Source: an uncultured Acidobacteriota bacterium (lineage in GTDB: Bacteria; Acidobacteriota; Blastocatellia; RBC074). From it: a DNA stretch of 64,000 bases. Where the stretch lies: NCBI GenBank assembly GCA_963796275.1, contig CAWCKY010000004.1:768001-832000 (forward strand), in the 5' to 3' direction. How positions within the stretch are numbered: the stretch's first letter is position 1; the number at the start of each line of letters is the position of its first letter. The position numbers and the translations under genes were made by a program. Below are positions 1 through 9,199 of this stretch, one piece after another. Below the pieces are notes generated by a model. The model did no database searches and was not told the DNA's origin. It was given only the letters and a program-made list of their open reading frames with translations.

Positions 1-2355
1 GGCTGGAATCCAGCAGGCCGCGAGGGCCACGAAGGCGAGCAGCAGCGGGATGAAGACGAAAGTCATTGCATCGGTCGCACTTACGCCGAAGAGCAACGTC
101 TTCATCAATCTGGTCAGCGCGAAAGACGCAATCAATCCGAGCGCCACACCAATCGCAGTCAAGGCCATCCCCCGCTTCACGACCAACACCAACACATCAC
201 GCGAGCGCGCACCCAATGCGATGCGGACGCCCATCTCATGCCTGCGCTGCGTCACCGAGTAGGAGATCACACCATAGATGCCGACGCTCGCCAGAATCAG
301 CGCCAGCGCGGCGAAGAGGGCGATCAGCGTCGCACCGAAGCGCTGCAGTGAGACCCCCGAGGCGAAGTGTTGCTCCAGCGCCTGGACCCTAACCACCGGC
401 AGATCACGGTCGAGCGATCTGACCTCGTTGCGCACGGCCGTCGCGAGACTGAGCGGGTCGGTGGACTCGGTCTTGACGATGAGAAATACATTCCACGAGA
501 TCGCCTGTATCAGCGGTTGGTACATCGCGGGTTGCGTCTCGTCCGCGAGCCCGTTGTACTTCACATCGCCAGCGACGCCGACGATTTGCCACCAGTCCCG
601 TTGTCGCTCGTCACTCGTATCGATGCGCTTGCCGATTGGGTCTTCATTCGGGAAGAAGTGCCGCGCCATCGTCTCGTTGATAATCGCCACTTGCGAAGTT
701 TCGCGGGAATCGGCGGCGCTGAAGTAACGACCGCGGCGCAGCGGGATGCTGAACGCACGGAAGTAATCCGGACTCACACGGATTATGTAGGCTATCGGCG
801 GAGGTTGATTGGGAACCAGGGGTCGCCCTTCCATTTTGAAATCGTCCGAAAATTCCGTGCTGTCGGGTGGCAGACTGTTGCTCACAGCGACGTCGCGCAC
901 GCCGGGCAGTGCCCGGATCCGTTCGAGCAGGAGCTGGTAAAATGTGGCTACCTGCTGTGGATCGGCATACCGTTGTCCACGCAGCGCAAGCTGCATCGTC
1001 AGCATGCGCTCAGTGTTGACGCCTGGATCAACACGCAACAACCGCCAGAAGCTTTTGACCAATAGCCCCGCGCCGATCAGCAGGACGACGGCCAGAACCA
1101 GTTCTGAGATCACCAGCAGATCGTGCCAGCGCCGCTTACCGCGACTCTCGGTAACGCTCCGCCCACCCTCTTTGAGCGCCTCGTTGAGACTGATCCGCGA
1201 GCTTTGCCATGCCGGCGCCAACCCGAAGAGCACGCCGGTCAGCAATGATACGAGGGCCGTCCAACCTAACACGCGCACATCAATGCCGGTATGCTCTAAA
1301 CGCGGAATGCCTTCCGGCGCCATCTTGAGGATCAGATCACCGCCCCAAGATGCAAAAAGCAATCCCAGCAGACCGCCGGCGAGCGCCAACAAGAGGCTCT
1401 CGGTCAAAAGTTGCCGGAGAATGCGGGCGCGTCTCGCACCGAGCGCGGCACGGATGGAAATCTCCTTCATGCGCGCAGCCGAACGAACCAGCAGCAAATT
1501 GGCGACATTTACAGCGGCAATCAGCAGCACTAGCGTCACTGCTCCCAACAACATGAGCAGGGGCAATCGCACCTCGCCGACGATGAACTCATCGACGGGC
1601 AGGACGTTGAAAGAGAGCTGCTGGCCTAAAAACCTCGATTTAAAGGCATTCACCGCCTCGGCGCGCGCCTGGTCGAGGTGCACCTCGGATTTCAAGCGCG
1701 CCACGCCTGTGAGAAAGTATGGTCCACGCCGGGTGGGTTGCTGTAACTGCAATGCGACCCATAACTCTACATCTTTATACGGGAAGTCGATGGCGGCCGG
1801 CATGACGCCGATGACGATGAAACTCTCGCCGTTAAGAGTGATCGCGCGACCTACAACCTGCGGATCGGCGGCGAAATATTTACGCCAGAAGCCATCGCTG
1901 ATGAGCGCGACACGCTGTGCGCCGGGTCGCTCTTCATCAGGGGAAAAAGTGCGCCCAAGCGACGGCAATATACCAAGGATGGAAAAGAAATTAGCGGTCA
2001 CGCCGACAGCCTGAACCCGTTCGGGCGTTTCGCCGCTCGTGTAGTTGAACATTATGTTTTGGAACGCGCCGATCTCCGCAAAGGATCGGCTCTGCGCCCT
2101 CCAATCGAGCAGATCGGCGACTGCGAGCGGCGTCCGGTCTCCACCAGCCGCCTCCGCCCCACTGTTCCAAGCCATCACCAGTCGCTCAGACTCCTTGAAC
2201 GGCAAGGGACGCAGCAGAACTGCATTCACCACGCCGAAGATCGCCGTGTTCGCGCCGATGCCCAGCGCCAGGGTGAAAACGGCAATCAATGTGAAGCCGG
2301 GGTTCTTCCACAACATGCGCGCCCCATAGCTCAAGTCTTGCATCAAGGATTGCAT
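1..2355 (-). CDS. ADOP-family ABC transporter permease (MacB/FtsX duplicated), 3' end runs off window
   Basis: Minus-strand frame starts ATG at 2355 ([40 protein letters not shown]) after GGAG and reaches ...ACWIPA at base 1. Absent from the ORF track because its stop lies outside the window. Confidence 0.9.
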   Translation of the reverse strand, partial: MQSLMQDLSYGARMLWKNPGFTLIAVFTLALGIGANTAIFGVVNAVLLRPLPFKESERLVMAWNSGAEAAGGDRTPLAVADLLDWRAQSRSFAEIGAFQNIMFNYTSGETPERVQAVGVTANFFSILGILPSLGRTFSPDEERPGAQRVALISDGFWRKYFAADPQVVGRAITLNGESFIVIGVMPAAIDFPYKDVELWVALQLQQPTRRGPYFLTGVARLKSEVHLDQARAEAVNAFKSRFLGQQLSFNVLPVDEFIVGEVRLPLLMLLGAVTLVLLIAAVNVANLLLVRSAARMKEISIRAALGARRARILRQLLTESLLLALAGGLLGLLFASWGGDLILKMAPEGIPRLEHTGIDVRVLGWTALVSLLTGVLFGLAPAWQSSRISLNEALKEGGRSVTESRGKRRWHDLLVISELVLAVVLLIGAGLLVKSFWRLLRVDPGVNTERMLTMQLALRGQRYADPQQVATFYQLLLERIRALPGVRDVAVSNSLPPDSTEFSDDFKMEGRPLVPNQPPPIAYIIRVSPDYFRAFSIPLRRGRYFSAADSRETSQVAIINETMARHFFPNEDPIGKRIDTSDERQRDWWQIVGVAGDVKYNGLADETQPAMYQPLIQAISWNVFLIVKTESTDPLSLATAVRNEVRSLDRDLPVVRVQALEQHFASGVSLQRFGATLIALFAALALILASVGIYGVISYSVTQRRHEMGVRIALGARSRDVLVLVVKRGMALTAIGVALGLIASFALTRLMKTLLFGVSATDAMTFVFIPLLLAFVALAACWIPA

Positions 2356-2398
2356 CTTTCCTCCGAGTTGAGTTGTTATAACAAAAGCCATCCGGCGT

Positions 2399-4837
2399 CT
2401 ATTCGGACCTGAGCGCAATCATCGGATCCACCTTCGCCGCTCGCCGCGCCGGCAGCCAACAAGCCATCAGCGCGACGATGATGATCATCAAGGCCACGAC
2501 AACGAACGTCAGCGGATCGGTCGGGCTCACGCCGAACAACAACTTCTCCATCAACCGCGTCAACCCAACCGCGACCGCCAGGCCAAGCGCCAACCCGGTC
2601 GATGCCAGCTTCATTCCCTGCCCGACGACCAACTTCAACACATCGCGCCCGCGCGCGCCGAGCGCAAGACGAATGCCGACCTCGTGCGTGCGTTGCGCGA
2701 CCGAGTAAGACATCACGCCGTAGATGCCGATGCCCGCGAGCAGCGCGGCGACTCCTGCGAAGACCGCGAGCAGGAGAGCGCTGAAGCGCGACCTGCTCAG
2801 CGAGCGCGCCAGCCAGCCTTCCATCGTCCGCACGTCGGCGACGGGCTGTTCGGCATCGAGCGAGCGGATCACTTCGCGCGCCGGCGCGGCCAGGTTCTCG
2901 GCGTTGCCCGCGCCTCGCGCGCGAACGACGAGCGTCATATTCGTGTAGACAAGCTCCGGGTGCGGCCAGTAAGACATCGGCTCGGCGGGCGCGTCGAGCG
3001 TCTCGTGCTTCACGTCACCGACGACCCCGATCACCTCACACGGCAGGTTCTCGTCTTTCATGTCGATCGTGAGCCGCTTGCCGAGCGGGTCTTCTCCGGC
3101 GAAGTAGCGGCGGGCGAGGGCTTCGTTGATCACCACGACGTGGCGCATCGTTGCCGCTTCCTGCTCGGTGAAGAGCCGCCCGCGCCGCAGGGGGATCCGC
3201 ATCGCCTCGAAGTAATGCGCATCGGTGACCGCGACGCGCGTGACGTGATCCTGGCCTGCGGGCTGCTTGGGCTGTCCCTCAATGTCGAATCTCGTGCCCG
3301 CCGGCGGCGCGGCGAAGGGCAGGAAGCTGATAGCCCCGGCCGATTCTATGCCGGGCAGCGAACGCAGCTTCTCAACCGCTCGCTTGAAGAAGTCGATGCG
3401 CTGTTGATCCTGGGTGTATTTCGCGCCGGGCAGCGCCACACGCATCGTCAGCACTTTCGCGGCGTCGAAGCCCGGATCGACCCCTTGCAACTGCGCGAAA
3501 CTTCGTATCATCAATCCTGCACCGATGAGCAGCACGAGAGCGAGCGCGACTTCAGCCACGACGAAGGCATTACGTATGCCGCGAGCCCGCGCGCCTCCGA
3601 TGACGCCCTTGCCCTCCTTGAGCGCGTCGCTCAGGTTGAGACGCGACGTCTCGCAAGCGGGTGCGAGGCCGAAGACGACTCCAGTCAGGAGCGATACGCC
3701 GAGCGTGAAGAGCAGCACGGGTGCGCTGACCTTCACGCTTTGCAGGTTCACGAGGTCCGGCGGACTCAGGCTGACGAGCGTCTTCGTCCCCAACCAGGCG
3801 AGCAGCAGACCCGCAGCGCCTCCGAGAAGTGCAAGCAGCAGGCTTTCCGTAAGCAGCTGCCGCACAACGCGTGCCCGCCCGGCCCCAAGCGCGCTTCGCA
3901 CGGCGATTTCACGCTGCCGCACAGCAGCGCGCGCGAGCAACAGGTTCGCCACGTTTGCGCAAGCTATCAGCAGCACGAACGCGACGGCAGCGAGCAATAC
4001 GAGAAGAGCGAGGCGGATTTCGCCCGTCAGTTGCTCGCGGAGAGGGACAACATTCACACCCCATCCGGTATTGAACTCTTTGTACTGACTCTCGAGACGC
4101 GCACCGATATCGCTCATCTCGACCTGCGCCCGCTCGATGGTCACACCTGGCTTGAGTCGCGCCACTACACTCAGGAATCGCCCCTCCCGTCGAAGCATCT
4201 CATTCGTGAGCGCGAAGGCCGACCAGATTTCCGAGGCATTGCCCGTAAGCGAGCCTTGTTTGATAAACCAGCTGAAATCGGGCGGGAGGACGCCGACGAT
4301 GGTCGTCTCGTTGCGATTCAGGAGTATCTTCCGCCCAATTACTTCCGGGTCGCCATCGAAACGGCGCCGCCAGAAACCGTAGCCGAGCACGATGGTGCGC
4401 GGCTGACCCGGCTTCCCGTCGTCTGACGTAAACGTCCGGCCGATGATCGCGTTGACTCCCAGCACCGAGAAGAGGTTCGGGGTGGCGATTTGCGCCGCTA
4501 CCTCTTCAGGCTCGCCATCACCCGTCAGGACGTAGCTTCTGTCCGCGAACGCCGCAATATCCTCGAAGACGCCGTTCTGCGCACGCCAGTCGCTGTAGTT
4601 ACCCGGATTGACGACGTTCATCTGCCGGTTGCGAGGTCGATTGTGTTCCCATACCATCACCAGCCGGTCGGCGTCACGATAGGGCAAGATTTGCAGCATC
4701 ACTGCATTGACGACCGAAAAGATCGATGTGTTCGCGCCGATGCCGAGAGCGAGTGTGATGACGGCGATCAAGGCGAAACCGGGTTTCTTCCACAACATTC
4801 GCGCACCAAAACGCAGGTCTTGCAGGAAGGCTTGCAT
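2399..4837 (-). CDS. ADOP-family ABC transporter permease
   Basis: MQAFLQDLRFGARML...LALGIGANT; [16 protein letters not shown]; C-terminal PARRAAKVDPMIALRSE. Start moved from 4858 to the ATG at 4837 by family alignment. Confidence 0.93.
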   Translation of the reverse strand: MQAFLQDLRFGARMLWKKPGFALIAVITLALGIGANTSIFSVVNAVMLQILPYRDADRLVMVWEHNRPRNRQMNVVNPGNYSDWRAQNGVFEDIAAFADRSYVLTGDGEPEEVAAQIATPNLFSVLGVNAIIGRTFTSDDGKPGQPRTIVLGYGFWRRRFDGDPEVIGRKILLNRNETTIVGVLPPDFSWFIKQGSLTGNASEIWSAFALTNEMLRREGRFLSVVARLKPGVTIERAQVEMSDIGARLESQYKEFNTGWGVNVVPLREQLTGEIRLALLVLLAAVAFVLLIACANVANLLLARAAVRQREIAVRSALGAGRARVVRQLLTESLLLALLGGAAGLLLAWLGTKTLVSLSPPDLVNLQSVKVSAPVLLFTLGVSLLTGVVFGLAPACETSRLNLSDALKEGKGVIGGARARGIRNAFVVAEVALALVLLIGAGLMIRSFAQLQGVDPGFDAAKVLTMRVALPGAKYTQDQQRIDFFKRAVEKLRSLPGIESAGAISFLPFAAPPAGTRFDIEGQPKQPAGQDHVTRVAVTDAHYFEAMRIPLRRGRLFTEQEAATMRHVVVINEALARRYFAGEDPLGKRLTIDMKDENLPCEVIGVVGDVKHETLDAPAEPMSYWPHPELVYTNMTLVVRARGAGNAENLAAPAREVIRSLDAEQPVADVRTMEGWLARSLSRSRFSALLLAVFAGVAALLAGIGIYGVMSYSVAQRTHEVGIRLALGARGRDVLKLVVGQGMKLASTGLALGLAVAVGLTRLMEKLLFGVSPTDPLTFVVVALMIIIVALMACWLPARRAAKVDPMIALRSE

Positions 4838-5049
4838 ATCATCCGCTCCAGTCGACAATAGTTGACAATATTAAATTCAAATATTGCACCCAAATGCTAT
4901 GCCACATACGCGAGTATTGTTAATTCCTTTGACCGCTTAGCTTAGTTGTCGTACGTGGTCAGAAGTTCAGATGCCGGCTGTTCGGGATTGGGATTTGTTA
5001 TTTCGAAAACGGGAAAAGGTAGGAGCTCAGCAATCGATAGCAGAAACGA

Positions 5050-5126
5050 AAAAAGGCAAAAAGTCAAAAATTGGGAATTACTACATCTGACCCGTAGTAT
5101 TTCGCAATTTTGCTATTTGCCTTTTT
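5050..5126. terminator. Imperfect ~35-bp hairpin downstream of the skp-like gene (terminator-like, AAGGCAA-type arms)
   Basis: aaaaaggcaaaaagtcaaaaattgggaattactac pairs with gtagtatttcgcaattttgctatttgccttttt. Confidence 0.5.
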
Positions 5127-5138
5127 GATTCCCTAAAT

Positions 5139-5780
5139 TTAATTAGTCTTTGTGCCGGATGATGCAGTCGTACCGGCCGGATTGGTTTTGTTGTACTCCT
5201 TCATGAAATCGTCGGTAATGTCGGTAGCAGGGGCGGACCATAACATTACTCCGGCCTGAAATGATTGGCTGCCTTCCAACACCATGACGATTCCGTGCTG
5301 TTGGCTGTAGCTGGCGATATTTTTCTGTATTTTCTCGTAAACAGGTTGGGAGACCTCGCCGAACCGCCTCTGCGCGAAGGCCTCGAAATCTTCGGCCTGG
5401 CGTTTGAGAACCTTCTCCTTTTCCCCAGCGTCTTCCACCCATTGATTGCGTACTTGCGGGCTGACTGTGGTTCCCTGAGTTTGAATCTTATTTTTCAATT
5501 TGTTGAGCTCGTCATCCAGTGCTTGAATGTCTTTTCTCTTCGGCTCCAACTCGGCATTCAAAGCATCGAGCTTAACTTTGAGCTCATCGATGCCCTGGCG
5601 AAATTGACCGAAGAAGAGGATGGCGACTTTGCCATCGGCGCCCGTGCCGCCACCCGGCGCGCGGGTCTCTGCGGGCGGACTCGTGGCCGCCGGACGTTTG
5701 GGAGGCGCCGGTGTCTGGGCTATTACACATAATGCAAACAGGCTAGTTATCAATGACGCGAGGATCATTTTCTTCATCAT
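5139..5780 (-). CDS. skp: OmpH/Skp-family periplasmic chaperone
   Basis: Signal peptide, KVAIL beta strand, long coiled coil, and C-terminal GIVMVLE...DITDDFMKEYN typical of OmpH. Confidence 0.8.
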   Translation of the reverse strand: MMKKMILASLITSLFALCVIAQTPAPPKRPAATSPPAETRAPGGGTGADGKVAILFFGQFRQGIDELKVKLDALNAELEPKRKDIQALDDELNKLKNKIQTQGTTVSPQVRNQWVEDAGEKEKVLKRQAEDFEAFAQRRFGEVSQPVYEKIQKNIASYSQQHGIVMVLEGSQSFQAGVMLWSAPATDITDDFMKEYNKTNPAGTTASSGTKTN

Positions 5781-6091
5781 CGTTTATCCCCCTTAGAGGT
5801 ATTCTCAAATTCAATTGTATATTTTTCGATATAAGGCAGTCCCCAAACTTTGTCTGAGTGTTCCGGTTGTGGCGCCTCACCTAAGGTCCTTGACATGCAA
5901 AATCGCGTTCAGAACATACGCGAAATCAGCGACTTTCTGCTCGATTTGCTTCAGTCCGGCAGGTGTCAATTTATAGAACCCTATTGCGAAGAATATATTC
6001 GGCTTGCAAAGATGTCAATATCAGGTTGTGGCCGAATACGGTACTACAACTGCGCAAGTTATGCGCCGTTATAAGAACCTCATCGAAACTT

Positions 6092-7165
6092 TTACTTACC
6101 TGCTCGGTCAGTCTTAAAGATCGCCTTCGGAATCATCGCGTGGACGCCCTTAGTCCCATCCACCAGTTGCGTGATGCTCAAATCAGCCGCGACGCTCGCG
6201 AGCATATAGGCATCGTCGCGGGTGAGTTTCTTTTGATTGACCAGAAAATCTATCATCTCGCGCACCGCTATTTTGGTCGCCGCGGTCAGGTCTTCATCGA
6301 TTCCCATCGTCATAAAAGCTTTAGGGGTTTCGGCCCGCGGCCAACTGAGTTTCATGTCTTTCCGCACGATGAGCTGAAGCTTGCCGAAAAGCGAAGTTTC
6401 GAGCGCGGTGATGCAGACCTCGCCATTGCCTTGAGCGGCGTGGCCATCGCCGATCTGAAATAATCCCCCGCGCACGTGAATGGGAATGAAGAGCTTAGTT
6501 CCGGCGACCAGCTCTTTGTTATCGAGGTTGCCCGCGTGAATCCCCGGCGGGGCGCTGCTGATGCGGCCGCTGGCCTCGGGGGGCGCGACCCCCATACTGC
6601 CGAAGAATGGTCGCAGCGGGACCTCGATACCTTCACCGAAACGCCCGACCATGCGTTTTTCATCCAGGGGGATGATCTTAATATTCGAGGTCTGAAAATC
6701 TTCAGGCAGAAACCCGGCACCCGGTCTGAACGCTGTATATGCATAGGGAATGGCCAGCTTGATGGATTGGATTCGAACTTCGAGAACATCACCCGGTTCC
6801 GCTTCTTCGATATAGATTGGGCCGGTGAGAATGTGCCCGCCAGGGCCCTTGTCGGTCACGGTCGTGAAAATCTCGCGGAGAGATGTCTCGATCTCATCTG
6901 GTCTGACGCCGGCGCCCTCCAACCTCGGCGGCGTGGAGGTGATCAGGGTATGTACCTGTACGGTGTCGCCCGATTTGATGCGAAGCACTGGTGGCGTGGA
7001 AGCTGCATAGTAACCCCACGCGACCGTCTTGGGAGTCGGTTTCAATACGTGAGAGTTCCCTGCTGCCGCAGGCTTCTGCGCAAATGCACTTGCGGCAGAA
7101 AGAACGAGCGAGCATAACAAGAGAACTACTGAAGCGATTCGATTTAAAATTGTATCGTTTGGCAA
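6092..7165 (-). CDS. Secreted acetamidase/formamidase family protein
   Basis: GHILTGPIYIEEAEPGDVLEV, PPGIHAGNLDNKEL and GDGHAAQGNGEVCITALET motifs; signal peptide; TTG start after GGGAG. Confidence 0.88.
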   Translation of the reverse strand: MPNDTILNRIASVVLLLCSLVLSAASAFAQKPAAAGNSHVLKPTPKTVAWGYYAASTPPVLRIKSGDTVQVHTLITSTPPRLEGAGVRPDEIETSLREIFTTVTDKGPGGHILTGPIYIEEAEPGDVLEVRIQSIKLAIPYAYTAFRPGAGFLPEDFQTSNIKIIPLDEKRMVGRFGEGIEVPLRPFFGSMGVAPPEASGRISSAPPGIHAGNLDNKELVAGTKLFIPIHVRGGLFQIGDGHAAQGNGEVCITALETSLFGKLQLIVRKDMKLSWPRAETPKAFMTMGIDEDLTAATKIAVREMIDFLVNQKKLTRDDAYMLASVAADLSITQLVDGTKGVHAMIPKAIFKTDRAGK

Positions 7166-7564
7166 TGGTCAGTCTCCCTTTTTTGTAATAATAAGGCGCT
7201 AGTATCGATGCAAAATAGCAAAGAGGCAAAGGTGTGAGGATCACGTAGATTTACATGAAGAATTTCCTGCGTCCCCTTGTCATGGTGACTACTTCAGCCG
7301 CCTATCTATTTACCCTGAAAAAGATTTTGCAGCTAGTGCTGGTGCGAGCCGAAAAATCTAAAATGCGAAACGATGTTTCTTCAACAATACTAGTGCACCA
7401 TTTCGCATATCTTCAAGCGGGCATCAATGCCCGGGTGATAATATTATTTGGCATTATTGCCTAAGTTCTTGATAGACGGCACTTGTGGTGTAAGGTAAGC
7501 GACGAACGAAGTATGTTATATAAGATGGTAAAAGTAGAGAAATGCTAATGGTGAAAAAAACTTA

Positions 7565-7593
7565 TTGAACTACTCTTAAAGTAGAAGTATACT
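7565..7593 (+). promoter_or_regulatory. Sigma70-like promoter
   Basis: TTGAAC-N17-TATACT, about 265 nt upstream of the CDS at 7858. Confidence 0.45.
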
Positions 7594-7857
7594 CCGCCAC
7601 GTACCTTCAGCGATACGGCTCGGCTTTATCGGCCAACAAAATACTTTTTACTTATAAGATAAAGCGAACTCAGAGGTTCCATAGATAGACCACTGTGATT
7701 GCCAGAGGCACGCATTGGATAGACGCAGTACTCTGGAAGGTATCACCGCGAGTTGTCATATGAAAACTATATCTACATCGTAATCGGCTCCCGTCGTAGT
7801 AACATCTTTGCTACGAAGTGGGCATTTCACAATTCACATTACTAATTAGGAGAGCGA

Positions 7858-9054
7858 ATGGCTAGGATAAACAGCACAAGCGCATGGCTCATGTTGTTTG
7901 GGATTGGCGTGGGAAATGTAGTACTCCTTCGGTACCTTGATATCAATTTGCGTAGCCTGGTTATATTCAACCTGATCATGTTTGGGTTGGTGATATATTC
8001 TTTGACCAAGCAGCCTAAGAAGCCGGAAACACCAAAACCGCAATGCCCCGGATTCAATCAAATCAACCTACAGCTGGAGGCGAAAAATTCAGAACCCAAA
8101 CCACCGCCACCGCCGCCACCACCACCCGGCATATATATAGTACTTAAATTTATATTTGCCCTTTCAGTAATAGTTAGTTTTTCGGTGGTAGTGGTGTTTA
8201 TGATGCGGGATTGGCTAAAATCACCCGTGTCCAACGAAAAAATAGAAAGTGCAGTCGCGGAAGCAAAGGGGAGGGCAATATACTGGCAAATGGAACCAAG
8301 TAATATATCAATCAAACCCGATTCGGTCTTTGATACGATACGTTTACAAGCTAACTTGGTGTCTAAAGGTTGCGCTGAAAAACCCAGAGCGCAATACATG
8401 CTAACAATCAGGGACATTTTCAAAGAGACCGTTTATCTTTTCGATCCCACCGAATACACCTTGAATATCGATGACGAGCTAACCAGATTTACCACAGCCG
8501 GTGTTTGCAATTACACCAAGAGATGGTACGACGGAAAAAAAATCATTCGTAGACCATTCAGAGATCCGTACCTAGATGACTATGACTACTGGGGTGAATA
8601 TCACCCCTACCATCTCGATACTTTGAAACTACCGGCCGGCCGTGTAGCTGTCGAATTAGTTTACATGCTAATGAAAGTAATACAGGCATCTGATTCATGT
8701 GTGGAAGTGTTAGTCAGGGGCTATGCCGACGGGCAAGATATGAAGTGGAAGAAGGCATTACGACCTGGAAAGTATCTCTATCGGGAGATTCAGACATACA
8801 ATCCTTATAATCCGGTATCGGATCAGGCCTTCAAGTATTCAGCCACCAAGGAGGTTTATCGGGTTGGCGAGGAATATAAAAACGCCGACCTTCCGAATCT
8901 CCGTGCGATGTTTGTGAAGGAAAATATCATAGTTCCTACCCTGACGGCCTGTAACAGTATGAACAATGTGCAGGTCTCTATCTTGAACGGGCACGATTTC
9001 ATCAGATTGAACCCATTGGAAAGAAAGGTACACGTTTATTTAATGGTATATTGA
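7858..9054 (+). CDS. Membrane-anchored hypothetical protein with polyproline linker and divergent OmpA/MotB-like C-terminal domain
   Basis: AGGAG RBS; three hydrophobic segments; PKPPPPPPPPPG; C-terminal V-RGYADG...N-DL--LRA--VK...ERKV-V pattern; visibly AT-richer than its flanks. Confidence 0.7.
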   Translation: MARINSTSAWLMLFGIGVGNVVLLRYLDINLRSLVIFNLIMFGLVIYSLTKQPKKPETPKPQCPGFNQINLQLEAKNSEPKPPPPPPPPPGIYIVLKFIFALSVIVSFSVVVVFMMRDWLKSPVSNEKIESAVAEAKGRAIYWQMEPSNISIKPDSVFDTIRLQANLVSKGCAEKPRAQYMLTIRDIFKETVYLFDPTEYTLNIDDELTRFTTAGVCNYTKRWYDGKKIIRRPFRDPYLDDYDYWGEYHPYHLDTLKLPAGRVAVELVYMLMKVIQASDSCVEVLVRGYADGQDMKWKKALRPGKYLYREIQTYNPYNPVSDQAFKYSATKEVYRVGEEYKNADLPNLRAMFVKENIIVPTLTACNSMNNVQVSILNGHDFIRLNPLERKVHVYLMVY

Positions 9055-9100
9055 AATTCCATACCGGTGCTTCCGGAGAGATGCAGCGGTTCTTTCAAAA

Positions 9101-9138
9101 CCCGCGGATGTGGGCGACTAAATCGCCCACTACGCGGG
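9101..9138. repeat. GTAG-type REP-like hairpin / bidirectional terminator
   Basis: cccgcg-gatgtgggcga-ctaaa-tcgcccac-tacgcggg between convergent genes; the minus strand reads GTAG followed by the palindrome. Confidence 0.5.
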
Positions 9139-9199
9139 CTAACTTCTTGCGAACCTTGAAATCGAGCCGGTCAATTTAAGATTGGTTGGCGAGTTGCTC

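Noticed and set aside
2684-4426. 580-aa plus-strand ORF and many similar long ORFs (e.g. 944..2014, 31767..33197, 53630..54544)
   Set aside because: They lie antisense to well-supported genes, lack recognisable motifs, and are expected shadow ORFs in GC-rich coding DNA.
7594-7857. Possible riboswitch in the long leader of the orphan gene
   Set aside because: Only a small hairpin is visible and no riboswitch consensus was recognised; an Rfam scan would be needed.
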